Shown here: positions 8,773-22,353 of the stretch, piece after piece | Layout: each line of letters starts with the position of its first letter | Numbering within the stretch: position 1 is the first letter of the stretch | Origin: Sulfurovum sp. | Lineage (GTDB): Bacteria; Campylobacterota; Campylobacteria; Campylobacterales; Sulfurovaceae | Direction of reading: 5' to 3' | DNA length: 64,000 nt | NCBI GenBank assembly: GCA_002733355.1 | Contig: NVVN01000004.1 | Span: 1-64,000, forward strand | Made by a program: the position numbers and the translations under genes | Notes under the pieces: model-generated | Database searches by the model: none | Seen by the model: only the letters and a program-made list of their open reading frames with translations | What the model was told of the DNA's origin: nothing

Positions 8773-9363
8773 TTATAGTACTAAAATTTCTTCCAAACTC
8801 CTATACCCACTTATGTAGACCATTTGTCCATCTTCATTTACTTTGACTATTGAAGGAAATGCGTTGACTCCCATGGATCGGGCTTTGGTAAAATCGTNTT
8901 GCATGAGGANTTCAGCTCGGTCACTTTGGTAAAAGTGGGTGAANGCTTNCTTNTCTTGCCTGATGTANNTNGTCAGNATTTCCAAGGAAGTAATGTCTAC
9001 NCCTTGGGCATAAAAGGCAGACTGGATGTCGCAGAGGTAAGTAAAGGCAGCATCTATTCCCCAGAGTTCACGTACCGTGACAATGGCTTTACAGGAAGGG
9101 TAGGTGTTGTAGTCGAAATGGGCAAGGTTTAGAAGTCTTAGATTAAACGGTTGGCTGGTAGCCTGCTGAACGGCATTCCAGTTTTGTTTGAGGTAGGCTT
9201 TGCTTTCATCATTCCACGGCATTTGTCCTGAAGTACGCAGACCACCTACTACCAAGCCAAATGTATAATGTTCACTATAGTTTACACGGAGCTTTTCTAT
9301 GACAGGGTGAAAACCCCAGCACCATGAGCACATAGGGTCTATAACAAAGATGAGTTGGGACAT
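8773..9363 (-). CDS. DsbA-family thioredoxin-fold protein
   Basis: DPMCSWCWGF (CxxC) and GVNAFPS (cis-Pro loop). Confidence 0.88.
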   Translation of the reverse strand: MSQLIFVIDPMCSWCWGFHPVIEKLRVNYSEHYTFGLVVGGLRTSGQMPWNDESKAYLKQNWNAVQQATSQPFNLRLLNLAHFDYNTYPSCKAIVTVRELWGIDAAFTYLCDIQSAFYAQXVDITSLEXLXXYIRQXKXXFTHFYQSDRAEXLMQXDFTKARSMGVNAFPSIVKVNEDGQMVYISGYRSLEEILVL

Positions 9364-9436
9364 AGCTTACCTTTAAATAATACAAATAGTATAACATATG
9401 AAGTTTGATAGAAGTAGACTTTATATACTATGGGCA

Positions 9437-10531
9437 TTAGAGTTTAGGTTTTATCTTTTTGTAGACCTTTCTAGCGGTAGCTCTNAAAGAAGTAAGTTTT
9501 CCTCCATAGATACTGTAAACATTTGCTGCGTTTGTTTTGTCATGCCAAATTTGCACTTCTCTGGACTTTGTGAAGGCATCTTTGTTGTTGCTAGGCAGCA
9601 CACGTAGTCCTGCAAAAGAGTCGATGATATTTTNNNNNGNNNNNNNNNNNNNNNNNNANNNNTNGNNGTTNNNNNNNANNNNNNTGNNNNNNNNNNNNNN
9701 GNNNTNTNTNTGTTTNAANNNNNGNNNNNNNNNNANNTNNNNANTNCCAATGAGTGTGCCATTGTGGTAAGGGCGTACGAAGATGGCTCTTTTATCTCTT
9801 GCTTCTATATAGTAAATGCGGTCTACTTTTGTGTCTATTAAAATGTGTGAACCAAGGACTAAGTCTATGTCTAGAGTGTTTGGCTTTGTAGTGCATGTGT
9901 TAAGTACTTCATTGACCCAAGGTCCTGCTGCGTTGATGACTACTTTTGAGGTGACTTGCTGTGTCGTACCGTCTTTCTCGTAGCTTACAATACAGTGTGT
10001 TTTAGAGTCTTCTATTTTTTCTACTGTTGCATTAAACTTTGTTATACAACCAGACTGTTCTAATACATGAGTGGTGAGTAGTTTATCATCGGTGACGCCG
10101 TCTTTGTACTCGTAGACTTTAAGAAGGTCTTTTGTCTCAATGTCTAAACTATGCCATTCATTTTTTGGTACAGAGGAGAATTTTTTCCATGAGAACAGAG
10201 CGTAAATACTTAGTCCCATAAAGACCATCCAGGGTTTTCTTTTACTGTGGGTGTAGAGAGGGAGGTAAAAGGATTTGAGTTTTACGAGTTGTGGCAAATG
10301 TTTGACGAGGTAAGCTCTTTCTTCCAGTGACTCTTTCACAAGTCCAAATTCGAAGTTTTCCAAGTAGCGTAAGCCACCATGTATGAGCTTGGATGATTTG
10401 CTTGATGTACCACAAGCTGGCTGGGAAAACTGTTCTAAGACAATACATGTATACCCCTTAGTAGAGAGGAGTTCTGCTACGCCTGCACCCGCAATGCCTG
10501 CTCCGATGATAGTCACGTCGTATGTTTGCAT
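9437..10531 (-). CDS. FAD-dependent oxidoreductase, glycerol-3-phosphate dehydrogenase (GlpD)-like, short form
   Basis: IIGAGIAG, GTSSKSSKLIHGGLRYLE, VINAAGPW, FAGLRVL, GGKLT. Confidence 0.8.
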   Translation of the reverse strand: MQTYDVTIIGAGIAGAGVAELLSTKGYTCIVLEQFSQPACGTSSKSSKLIHGGLRYLENFEFGLVKESLEERAYLVKHLPQLVKLKSFYLPLYTHSKRKPWMVFMGLSIYALFSWKKFSSVPKNEWHSLDIETKDLLKVYEYKDGVTDDKLLTTHVLEQSGCITKFNATVEKIEDSKTHCIVSYEKDGTTQQVTSKVVINAAGPWVNEVLNTCTTKPNTLDIDLVLGSHILIDTKVDRIYYIEARDKRAIFVRPYHNGTLIXXXXXXXXXXXKXXXXXXXXXXXXXXNXXXXXXXXXXXXNIIDSFAGLRVLPSNNKDAFTKSREVQIWHDKTNAANVYSIYGGKLTSXRATARKVYKKIKPKL

Positions 10532-10625
10532 GGTTGTCTTTCTTAGTATGGGTTTGTCTTTGAACTATTATACCCTATGATATAATGATATGAAAATTTT
10601 AAATGAGTGAGGAAACTTAGAAAAT

Positions 10626-11900
10626 ATGTTTATGGATAAAATNAAATCANTGTATATAAAATTAATACCGTCTAAAACTGTGGGCAAGGAAAATAATAAA
10701 AATAAAGTCGGGAAATGGGTTCTGTTTCTTATAATTGCCTTGGATATTTTTGTTTTTAATGTCGTCATTAAAGGCATAGAGTCTCAGACCAATATGTTTG
10801 TGAATGCAAATGTAAAGTACCCTTATGCATGTACATCATTAATACGTATGCATGATGGAAATAATCCCTATACGTATAGATATAAGAAAGGAACATATTA
10901 CACAGACCATAGCGNGATGAATGCCAATAAACATTATAATAATGAACTTGATAAAGTAAGGCAAACATATATAGACAACCGTTGCGTAGAGACATTTAGA
11001 CTTTTTAATCAGGCCAGTGATGATGTTNATGTGAAAAAGAGTATCAAAACCTTGCGTGCATTAAATAAGAGTGAAAATAGAAAACGTTCAGATATACGTA
11101 ATCTTGAAAATCAATACGATACGATGTTGTTTGAGAAGATAGCTGGGCAAGATAAAAGTTTGTCTATACGCAATGAAGACAAAATAGATGCACAAAGCGT
11201 AAAAGAGAAGTACAATGTTCTGCTGAAAGAAAAAAGTGATTTGGAGAGTAGAATCAATACTTTACATGGGACGTTTTCCAACATATCTACTATAGAAATA
11301 TTTTTAAAGTATGTAGAAGAGAATAGAGAAACAATTCTTACTGATTATAAGAAAGAACAATCGTGGGGCACAGCAAAGTCAAGCATCGTCGCTTTTTTAC
11401 TTGCATTACCATTGTTGATTATTTTCTATCTGTTACTTTCTAGAAGTCTGAGAGATAATAATCATATAAAGTATTTGATCTATAAAAACTTGTATGTGGT
11501 GATGTTGATCATTGCTTTAGGGTATCTGTCTGTCATTATATATAGTGTGATGCCCAAAACATTTATCGCTTCGCTTATAGGGTTTTTTGCCCAAATACAG
11601 TTGCCTATTATCGTGTATTATCTGTTGGTGGCGTTAGCAGTGTTTATCTTTAGTTGGATAATTGTAAAAATTTATAAAAGAGGAGAGGGAAAACGACTAC
11701 GACATACAGATGTAACGTATTATAGAAAATCACTTTGTTCTCATTGTGAAGAGTGCGTAAATTACGAGACGATGAACTTTTGTCCCTCTTGTAAATATAC
11801 ACTCAAAAGAGAATGTACAGATTGTGGAAATAAGACTTTAGCGATGTTTAAATATTGTACAACATGTGCCAAGTCAGAGCATGAAACAGATAGAGTATAA
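10626..11900 (+). CDS. membrane protein with extracytoplasmic coiled-coil region and C-terminal double zinc ribbon
   Basis: One N-terminal and three C-terminal hydrophobic segments; CSHC, CPSC, CTDC, CTTC. Confidence 0.75.
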   Translation: MFMDKXKSXYIKLIPSKTVGKENNKNKVGKWVLFLIIALDIFVFNVVIKGIESQTNMFVNANVKYPYACTSLIRMHDGNNPYTYRYKKGTYYTDHSXMNANKHYNNELDKVRQTYIDNRCVETFRLFNQASDDVXVKKSIKTLRALNKSENRKRSDIRNLENQYDTMLFEKIAGQDKSLSIRNEDKIDAQSVKEKYNVLLKEKSDLESRINTLHGTFSNISTIEIFLKYVEENRETILTDYKKEQSWGTAKSSIVAFLLALPLLIIFYLLLSRSLRDNNHIKYLIYKNLYVVMLIIALGYLSVIIYSVMPKTFIASLIGFFAQIQLPIIVYYLLVALAVFIFSWIIVKIYKRGEGKRLRHTDVTYYRKSLCSHCEECVNYETMNFCPSCKYTLKRECTDCGNKTLAMFKYCTTCAKSEHETDRV

Positions 11901-11920
11901 AAAATAAAATAGGAGATAAG

Positions 11921-12385
11921 ATGAATGTATCGGTAGAGTATCTAGGAGACAAGAAATTTAAGGCAAATACACTGAAGTCTTCTTATGTGATAAACTGTAA
12001 AGAGATAACACCTGTGGAGTATTTTGCAACTGCAATCATAGGATGTACGGGTATTGACCTTGTGATGATGGCTGAGAATGATGGTTATGTAGTAAGTANC
12101 TATACAGTAAGTGCAGAGATAGAAAGAACAATGGATGTNCCTATGAAACTTAGTACTATGCACATCATTTATGCGTTTGATGGAGCCTTTGATGCGGTTA
12201 AAGCAAAACGTTACATTCTGGCTTCTTTGGAGAGTTACTGTACAACGGTGAACTCTGTGCGTGATTCTGTGAAAATAACGTATACTATCATACATAACGG
12301 GGTGAATATAGCTNANAATGAGAGTATAGTCTCAGGTGGAGGAACTGTTCTTGAAGATGGGTTTGGTGGCGCGTGTGGCGCATAA
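11921..12385 (+). CDS. OsmC-family protein
   Basis: TPVEYF...IIGCTGID and SLESYCTTVNS conserved Cys pair. Confidence 0.8.
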   Translation: MNVSVEYLGDKKFKANTLKSSYVINCKEITPVEYFATAIIGCTGIDLVMMAENDGYVVSXYTVSAEIERTMDXPMKLSTMHIIYAFDGAFDAVKAKRYILASLESYCTTVNSVRDSVKITYTIIHNGVNIAXNESIVSGGGTVLEDGFGGACGA

Positions 12386-12388
12386 GTG

Positions 12389-12598
12389 CTAGAGTTTTAG
12401 CTGTATTTTTTCTATAAGANTTGTAATGTCCAATGCAGTGAATCTTTGACTCTTAATTTTAGCTGCGGGTGTATCTTTACAAATTTTACATAGGTTAAGG
12501 CATTTTTTTACGATGATAGTATCGTCTGGGAATGCCTTGGTAAGCTTGTTTTGGAGCTTATCTACTTTAGAGAATTTTTTACATATTTTTATCTTCAT
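12389..12598 (-). CDS. small Cys-rich protein (DUF1450-like, thioredoxin-like ferredoxin fold)
   Basis: KIKICK...KCLNLCKICK..PAA pattern. Confidence 0.55.
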   Translation of the reverse strand: MKIKICKKFSKVDKLQNKLTKAFPDDTIIVKKCLNLCKICKDTPAAKIKSQRFTALDITXLIEKIQLKL

Positions 12599-12656
12599 AC
12601 TTTACTATAACATATTTAGATATAATCCCCAAAAATTACCTCTATACGGATACCTC

Positions 12657-14495
12657 ATGATACAACTTACCAACCTCTCTAAAAGCTTCGGTGGACAGAC
12701 ACTTTTTAATGATGTGAACTTTAAAATGCAAGCCCAACAAAAAATAGGTTTTGTGGGGCGTAACGGGTCTGGAAAGTCTACACTTTTTAAAATGATATTA
12801 GGTGAAGAACCTCATGATAGTGGNTCTATAAGCATCCCTAAGAATTATCGTATAGGGACACTGAAACAGCATCTTGTTTTTACAGAGCCTACAGTGCGCG
12901 AAGAGTGTGCTTTGGTATTACCAGAAGATGAACAGTGGAACTTTTATAAGATAGAAAAACTTCTTTTTGGACTTGGGTTTAGCGAGGCTGATTTGGATAA
13001 AGATCCTTTGAGTTTTTCTGGTGGGTATCAAATACGTATAAACTTGGTAAAACTTTTAGCGACCGAGCCAAATATGTTATTGCTTGATGAGCCTACAAAC
13101 TACCTTGACATTATCTCTCTTAGATGGTTAAAAGTCTTTATTCGAGAATTTGATGGTGAGGTGATACTTGTTACACATGATAGAGATTTTATGGACTCAG
13201 TGACAACGCATACAATGGGAGTACAGCGTAAAGGCTTGCACATTGTGAGTGGTGATAGTTATAAGTACTATGGTACGTTGGCACTAGCAGATGAAACTTA
13301 TGAAAAAACCAAAGCAAATCAAGATAAAAAACGTAAAGAACTAGAGGAGTTTGTAGCTCGTAATAAAGCAAGAGCAAGTACGGCAGCACTTGCCCAGTCT
13401 AAGCAAAAAGAGTTAGACAAGATGGATGAAATGGAAGATTTGGCGACAGATACAAATCTTGCTTTTAAATTTAACTATAAAGATACACCTGCAAAGATAC
13501 TTTTTCGTGCTAACGAACTTGGCTTTGGGTATAACCCTAATGAACCATTGTTTCAGAACATTACATTTGCGATGGAAAAAGGNAAGAGAATTGCTATCAT
13601 CGGTAAAAATGGTAAGGGTAAATCAACTTTACTGAACTATATAGCTGGCGAAATGAAAGAGCAACAAGGTAGCTTAGAATATCATCCCTCTACAAGCTTT
13701 GCACACTTTGGGCAAACAAATATTGAGAGGCTAAATACAAAAGTGACTATTGTAGAAGAGATAGCTTCGATGTCTAAGGAAGTGGGCATACCTCAGGCCC
13801 GTAATATCGCAGGGCGTATGATGTTTTCTGGTGAGTTAGGTGACAAGAAGATAGATGTTCTCTCTGGTGGGGAGCGTAGTCGTGTGATGTTAGGAAAAAT
13901 TATAGCAACTCCAGCGAACGTNCTCTTCCTTGATGANCCTACNAACCACTTAGATATGCAGTCTATAGATGCACTTGCAGATGCNATNGATATTTTTGAG
14001 GGTTCACTCATCATGGTTACTCACTCGGAGATGTTGCTGCACCGTTTGGCTGATGCACTCATTATCTTTCATAAGGGTGGGGCGGAGTACTTTGATGGCA
14101 CCTATGCAGACTTTTTAGAGAAGATAGGCTGGGAAGAGGAAGAAGGGAACACAAAACCTAAAAAGAAAAAACCTAAAATAGACTATAAAGAGCGTAAAAA
14201 ACTTCGTAAAGCTGTGACTAAAGAACGAAATGAAGAACGTAAGCCCTACACAAAAGAGATAAAAGAGTGTGAAGAGAAGATAGAGAAACTTGAAATAGAC
14301 ATGGCTGTGAAAAATGAAGCCTTAGAGAAAGCTTCTATTTCTGGAAATAATGATGCCATCATGGAGCATTCTAAAGTAGTGGGATTTGTACAGCAGGAGA
14401 TAGATGCTTTGTTTGAAAGATTAGAGATTGCTACAGAAATAGATGAAGAAATTGTAGCTAAGTATGAGGAAAAGTTAGCAGAAATTGATACGTAG
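12657..14495 (+). CDS. ABC-F family ATPase
   Basis: Two ABC domains (GRNGSGKST, FSGG, LLLDEPTN; GKNGKGKST, LSGGER), no TM segments, C-terminal coiled coil; start at ATG 12657. Confidence 0.92.
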   Translation: MIQLTNLSKSFGGQTLFNDVNFKMQAQQKIGFVGRNGSGKSTLFKMILGEEPHDSXSISIPKNYRIGTLKQHLVFTEPTVREECALVLPEDEQWNFYKIEKLLFGLGFSEADLDKDPLSFSGGYQIRINLVKLLATEPNMLLLDEPTNYLDIISLRWLKVFIREFDGEVILVTHDRDFMDSVTTHTMGVQRKGLHIVSGDSYKYYGTLALADETYEKTKANQDKKRKELEEFVARNKARASTAALAQSKQKELDKMDEMEDLATDTNLAFKFNYKDTPAKILFRANELGFGYNPNEPLFQNITFAMEKXKRIAIIGKNGKGKSTLLNYIAGEMKEQQGSLEYHPSTSFAHFGQTNIERLNTKVTIVEEIASMSKEVGIPQARNIAGRMMFSGELGDKKIDVLSGGERSRVMLGKIIATPANXLFLDXPXNHLDMQSIDALADXXDIFEGSLIMVTHSEMLLHRLADALIIFHKGGAEYFDGTYADFLEKIGWEEEEGNTKPKKKKPKIDYKERKKLRKAVTKERNEERKPYTKEIKECEEKIEKLEIDMAVKNEALEKASISGNNDAIMEHSKVVGFVQQEIDALFERLEIATEIDEEIVAKYEEKLAEIDT

Positions 14496-14520
14496 GTTAC
14501 GTTTGGAAATGTAACCTACG
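14491..14520. terminator. bidirectional hairpin between convergent ABC-F and HIT genes
   Basis: CGTAGGTTAC ... GTAACCTACG perfect 10-bp inverted repeat, extendable. Confidence 0.65.
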
Positions 14521-14527
14521 CATTATT

Positions 14528-14881
14528 TTATAAACTTTTAAGGCTGTCTTCATGGCTGTGGTCCCATGGCAGTTTCCCCCCACCTAATAGATGGAAATGT
14601 AAATGATTGACCTCTTGTCCACCATCATCACCATTATTTGTGATGAGTCTATAGCCTGTTTTATCTACACCGATTTTAGTAGCAACCTCCTGCGTAAATT
14701 CAGTCAATGCTGACATGGTTTCACCACTTACATTTTGAAAACAATCAACATGTTGTTTAGGAATAATGAGCACATGGATAGGTGCTTTAGGATAGAGGTC
14801 ATGAAATGCTAAAAAATGTTCACTTTCATGTACAGTGTTGTTGGATACTTCTTTATTTACAATCTTACAAAATATGCACAT
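14528..14881 (-). CDS. hinT: HIT-family nucleotide-binding protein
   Basis: MCIFCKI start, GQEVNHLHFHLLGG histidine triad; divergent from pheS as in Campylobacter. Confidence 0.92.
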   Translation of the reverse strand: MCIFCKIVNKEVSNNTVHESEHFLAFHDLYPKAPIHVLIIPKQHVDCFQNVSGETMSALTEFTQEVATKIGVDKTGYRLITNNGDDGGQEVNHLHFHLLGGGKLPWDHSHEDSLKSL

Positions 14882-15001
14882 ATTGTAGTCCTTAATAGTT
14901 AATTTATAAGGTAAGTATAACACAGAAAATCACTTCTAAATCACCTTATTAGTAACTTTTGGATAAAATCACGTCAATTATTACAGAACAAATGGAATTA
15001 A

Positions 15002-18324
<3,323 letters not shown>

Positions 18325-18329
18325 ATACT

Positions 18330-19175
18330 ATGAAAATACAATTAGCATCGAGTTATGGATTTTGTTTTGGTGTCAAAAGGGCTATTGATATCGCTGAAGA
18401 CCATAGAGGTTCAGTTACGTATGGACCCTTGATACATAATAAAGATGAAATAGATAGGCTTAAAAAAGGTTTTGATATAAATATCGCTAGAGATTTAAAA
18501 GATATCCATACTGATGATGCGGTTGTAATACGTACACACGGAATCCCTAAAGATGAGCTCGCAACCTTAAAAAAACAAGAATATAAAATTATTGATGCGA
18601 CTTGTCCATATGTGACAACACCTCAAAATATTGTAGAAAAGATGAGTGAAGAAGGATACAGTATTGTTATCTTTGGTGATAAAGATCATCCGGAAATAAA
18701 AGGTGTTGTAAGTTACGCAAAAGAGCCAGAAGATGCATTCATCGTTTTAGAACCAGCAGAACTTGAAGACCTTCCTCTTAAAGGTAAGGTGGCTGTGGTT
18801 TCACAAACAACCAAAAAACCTGAGGATTTTGCAGCAATAGTGGCAGCACTGATGGCAACACGTAAAGAAATAAGGGTTTTCAATACTATCTGTAATGCAA
18901 CTTTTGAAAATCAGGATGCGGCTTCAGAATTGGCAAAAGATGCAGATGTGATGATCGTTATAGGGGGGAAACACTCTTCTAATACAAAACAACTACACAG
19001 TATATCTCAGCGTGACTGTAACGACAGTTATCTGATAGAAAATGAAACAGAACTTGAACCTGAATGGTTCGAAGATAAAATGTTATGTGGTATTTCCGCA
19101 GGTGCTTCTACACCTGATTGGATTGTACAAAATGTGATTGATAAAATTCAAGAGATGAAAAACATAGAAGCATAA
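18330..19175 (+). CDS. ispH: 4-hydroxy-3-methylbut-2-enyl diphosphate reductase
   Basis: [39 protein letters not shown]. Confidence 0.97.
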   Translation: MKIQLASSYGFCFGVKRAIDIAEDHRGSVTYGPLIHNKDEIDRLKKGFDINIARDLKDIHTDDAVVIRTHGIPKDELATLKKQEYKIIDATCPYVTTPQNIVEKMSEEGYSIVIFGDKDHPEIKGVVSYAKEPEDAFIVLEPAELEDLPLKGKVAVVSQTTKKPEDFAAIVAALMATRKEIRVFNTICNATFENQDAASELAKDADVMIVIGGKHSSNTKQLHSISQRDCNDSYLIENETELEPEWFEDKMLCGISAGASTPDWIVQNVIDKIQEMKNIEA

Positions 19176-20455
19176 TGAATACATTGACGCTAAAACCTAT
19201 CTCTAAAATAGAGGGAGAGATAAACCTTCCTGGTTCCAAAAGTCTGTCTAATCGGGCACTTTTGCTTTCTGCCTTGGCACAAGGAACAACTACAATTACC
19301 AATCTTTTGAAGAGCGATGATACACGTCATATGCTAAATACGCTGAAGCAACTAGGTATTAAATACACACTTTCTGAAGATAAAACCGAATGTACAGTTG
19401 TGGGTAATGCTGGAGCTATCTCTTGTCTTGAACCACAAGAACTTTTCTTGGGCAATGCAGGTACAGCTATGCGTCCATTATGTGCGGCACTATGTTTAGG
19501 AAAGGGTACGTATGTTTTGACGGGTGAACCCCGTATGAAGGAACGTCCTATCGGACATTTGGTAAACGCTTTACGGCAAGCAGGCGCAAATATTGATTAT
19601 CAAGAAAATGATGGGTATCCTCCTCTTCGAATAAATGCAAATGGACTAGAAGGTGGAGAAGTTAGTATTGATGGTACAATATCAAGTCAGTTCTTAACCG
19701 CATTACTTATGGCTGCACCCTTGTCAAGGCATGATATGAAAATCACTATCATAGGAGAACTTGTTTCTAAACCCTATATAGACATTACCTTACATATGAT
19801 GCAAATATTTGGTGTAGACGTTGTGAATGATGCGTATAAAACGTTTACAGTGAAAAGTGGACAAGTCTATAAATCAGTAGATACATTTATGGTAGAAGGA
19901 GATGCTTCTTCAGCTTCTTATTTTTTAGCGGCTGCTGCTATAAAAGGTGGTACAGTCAAAGTTACAGGCATTGGAAAAAATAGTATACAGGGAGATATAC
20001 GCTTTGTCGATGTTTTAGAACAGATGGGTGCAAAAGTAGAATGGGGTGAAACATATGTGTCTGTCACAAAAAATACCCTACAAGCCATAGATATGGACTT
20101 TAACCATATACCTGATGCTGCGATGACAATAGCTACCACAGCACTTTTTGCAAAGGGAACAACNACCCTACGCAATATCTATAATTGGCGCGTAAAAGAG
20201 ACAGACAGACTCTATGCTATGGCAAAGGAACTTCGTAAAGTGGGTGCGGAAGTAGAGGAGGGTGAAGATTATCTTAAAATAACACCTCCAAAGCAGTTGA
20301 AACACGCAGNGATTGACACTTATGATGACCATAGGATGGCGATGTGCTTCTCTCTTTTAGCACTAGACAAGGCATCTGTGACGATTAATGAGCCAGAATG
20401 TACTGCAAAAACTTTCCCTAATTATTTCGAGGTATTTAAAAGTATTTCTTCTTAA
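19175..20455 (+). CDS. aroA: 3-phosphoshikimate 1-carboxyvinyltransferase (class I type)
   Basis: [43 protein letters not shown]. Confidence 0.97.
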   Translation: MNTLTLKPISKIEGEINLPGSKSLSNRALLLSALAQGTTTITNLLKSDDTRHMLNTLKQLGIKYTLSEDKTECTVVGNAGAISCLEPQELFLGNAGTAMRPLCAALCLGKGTYVLTGEPRMKERPIGHLVNALRQAGANIDYQENDGYPPLRINANGLEGGEVSIDGTISSQFLTALLMAAPLSRHDMKITIIGELVSKPYIDITLHMMQIFGVDVVNDAYKTFTVKSGQVYKSVDTFMVEGDASSASYFLAAAAIKGGTVKVTGIGKNSIQGDIRFVDVLEQMGAKVEWGETYVSVTKNTLQAIDMDFNHIPDAAMTIATTALFAKGTXTLRNIYNWRVKETDRLYAMAKELRKVGAEVEEGEDYLKITPPKQLKHAXIDTYDDHRMAMCFSLLALDKASVTINEPECTAKTFPNYFEVFKSISS

Positions 20456-20592
20456 TTTGCTTCTATATCGTTACATATTTACTCTATTTATGAAGCTATA
20501 CTGAACATAGTGGAAAGTTCATATTTTCATAAGCCATATTTATGTTTAAAAAGGTATAATAACGCAAAATTTGTGTGCACATAAGGATAGGT

Positions 20593-22248
20593 ATGAAATT
20601 CGAAGATTTCGAAATAGATGAAACAGAAGATTTTGCAGCGATGCTCGAGGAATCGTTCAAAAAATCAGAATCAAAAAGTGATTTAGTTACAGGTACAATC
20701 GTTAAGATAGATGAACAAGACAATTTAGTAGTAGTAGATATCGGTGGTGGTAGAGATGCAAACCTTGACTTAACGGAAATCACAGATGAGGATGGNAATG
20801 TTACTTTCGCCGTGAATGACACTATTAATGTTGTTACTATGGGGAGAGGACGTATCTCTTATAAAGCTGCACTTTCTCGTGTAGCACTTAATGAATTTAT
20901 TGCTGAGTATGATGAAGAGCAAGAGTACATTATCGAAGGTGTTGTCACAAAAACAAATAAAGGTGGGTATGTTGTAGAAGTAGATGGCTTAGAATTCTTT
21001 ATGCCACGAACACTCTCTTACCTTTCTTCAAAAATTGACCCTAAGGGCAAAAAAGTAAAAGCGGTTATCGTTAAAGTTGATAAAGACAAAGGTTCAGTTG
21101 TCGTTTCACGTAAAGAACTGATCGAAAGAGATAAAGCAAAAACTGATGAAATCGTAGGTGCATTACTTGAAAACAAAGAGCCGGTTATAGGCTTGATTAA
21201 AAAAATCACTTCTTATGGTATGTTTGTAGATGTTGGTGGTATGGATGGTCTTGTTCATTATTCCCAAATATCACATAAAGGACCAGTGAATCCTTCAAAA
21301 TATTTTGAAGAAGGTGATGAAGTAAATGTTATTGCTTTGGAGTATGATAAAAAGAAAAGACATCTTTCACTTTCTATAAAAGATGCCAATCCTGATCCTT
21401 GGGCAGATATTGATGCAATTATTGGTGTAGGTGATACAGTAACTGCAACTGTTTCTAACATTGAACCGTATGGTGTATTTGTAGACCTTGGTGAAGATCT
21501 TGAAGCATTCCTTCATGTGTCTGAAATTTCATGGGATAAAAATGTAAAACATCCTAAAGATTATTTAGAAAACAATTCTGAAATCAATGTTGAAGTGATT
21601 GAAGTAGATAAAGAAGGTAGAAGACTTAGAGTAAGTCTTAAAAGTCTTCTTCCCAAACCAATGGATGCATTTACAGCTGAAAACAGAGTAGGTGATATCG
21701 TAACTGGTACTGTAACATCTATTACTGATTTTGGTGCCTTTGTAAAAGTTGGTGTTATTGAAGGGCTTCTTCATAATCAAGAAATTTCTTGGGACAAGTC
21801 AAAGAATGCTAAATCAGAATTGAATGCTGGTGATGAAGTAGAAGTGAAAATTATTAAAATCGATAGAGATGCGGGCAAAGTTTCTTTGAGTAAAAAATCA
21901 CTTGAAGAATCTCCTATAAAAGCATTTGCACAAACACATAAAAATGGTTCAATCGTTACTGGTACCGTTAAAGATACAAAAGACTTTGGTGTGTTTATTT
22001 CACTTGAAAATAATGTTGATGCACTTATAAGAACAGAAGATCTTCATCCATTAAAATTTGATGAGATAGAAAAAGGTCAAGAAATTACTGGTGTAATTAG
22101 TTTTATCGATGTAAACAATGATAGAATTAGAGTTTCTGTAAAAAAACTTGAGCGTCAAGAAGAGAGAGAAGCAATGGAGCAACTTAATCTAGACCAAGAT
22201 GATAGCATGACACTAGGTGATGCTTTTGGTGATAAATTTAAAAAATAA
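20593..22248 (+). CDS. rpsA: 30S ribosomal protein S1
   Basis: Tandem S1 repeats (YGMFVD.GG.DGLVH.S.I, YGVFVD, FGAFV, FGVF). Confidence 0.96.
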   Translation: MKFEDFEIDETEDFAAMLEESFKKSESKSDLVTGTIVKIDEQDNLVVVDIGGGRDANLDLTEITDEDXNVTFAVNDTINVVTMGRGRISYKAALSRVALNEFIAEYDEEQEYIIEGVVTKTNKGGYVVEVDGLEFFMPRTLSYLSSKIDPKGKKVKAVIVKVDKDKGSVVVSRKELIERDKAKTDEIVGALLENKEPVIGLIKKITSYGMFVDVGGMDGLVHYSQISHKGPVNPSKYFEEGDEVNVIALEYDKKKRHLSLSIKDANPDPWADIDAIIGVGDTVTATVSNIEPYGVFVDLGEDLEAFLHVSEISWDKNVKHPKDYLENNSEINVEVIEVDKEGRRLRVSLKSLLPKPMDAFTAENRVGDIVTGTVTSITDFGAFVKVGVIEGLLHNQEISWDKSKNAKSELNAGDEVEVKIIKIDRDAGKVSLSKKSLEESPIKAFAQTHKNGSIVTGTVKDTKDFGVFISLENNVDALIRTEDLHPLKFDEIEKGQEITGVISFIDVNNDRIRVSVKKLERQEEREAMEQLNLDQDDSMTLGDAFGDKFKK

Positions 22249-22269
22249 TCATTTTCAATAATGCTTCTT

Positions 22270-22292
22270 TGGGCTCATTTAATATGAGCTCA
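22270..22292 (+). terminator. hairpin after rpsA
   Basis: TGGGCTCAT-TTAAT-ATGAGCTCA stem-loop followed by a second small hairpin. Confidence 0.45.
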
Positions 22293-22353
22293 GACGACTA
22301 TGTCGTTTCTCTCAAAAATTAAATTACATAAATTTTATATAAAAGGTTATTAG

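Noticed and set aside
9633..9746. N-dense patches (also 7958-8041 and 37546-37650) as possible diversity-generating-retroelement variable regions
   Set aside because: No reverse transcriptase or template repeat in the window; Ns fall in ordinary enzymes and often at third codon positions, consistent with masked strain variation or low coverage.
14491..14520. GTAG-ended palindrome as a dispersed REP
   Set aside because: Stem sequence is unrelated to the RAYT-linked REPs; position between convergent genes fits a terminator.
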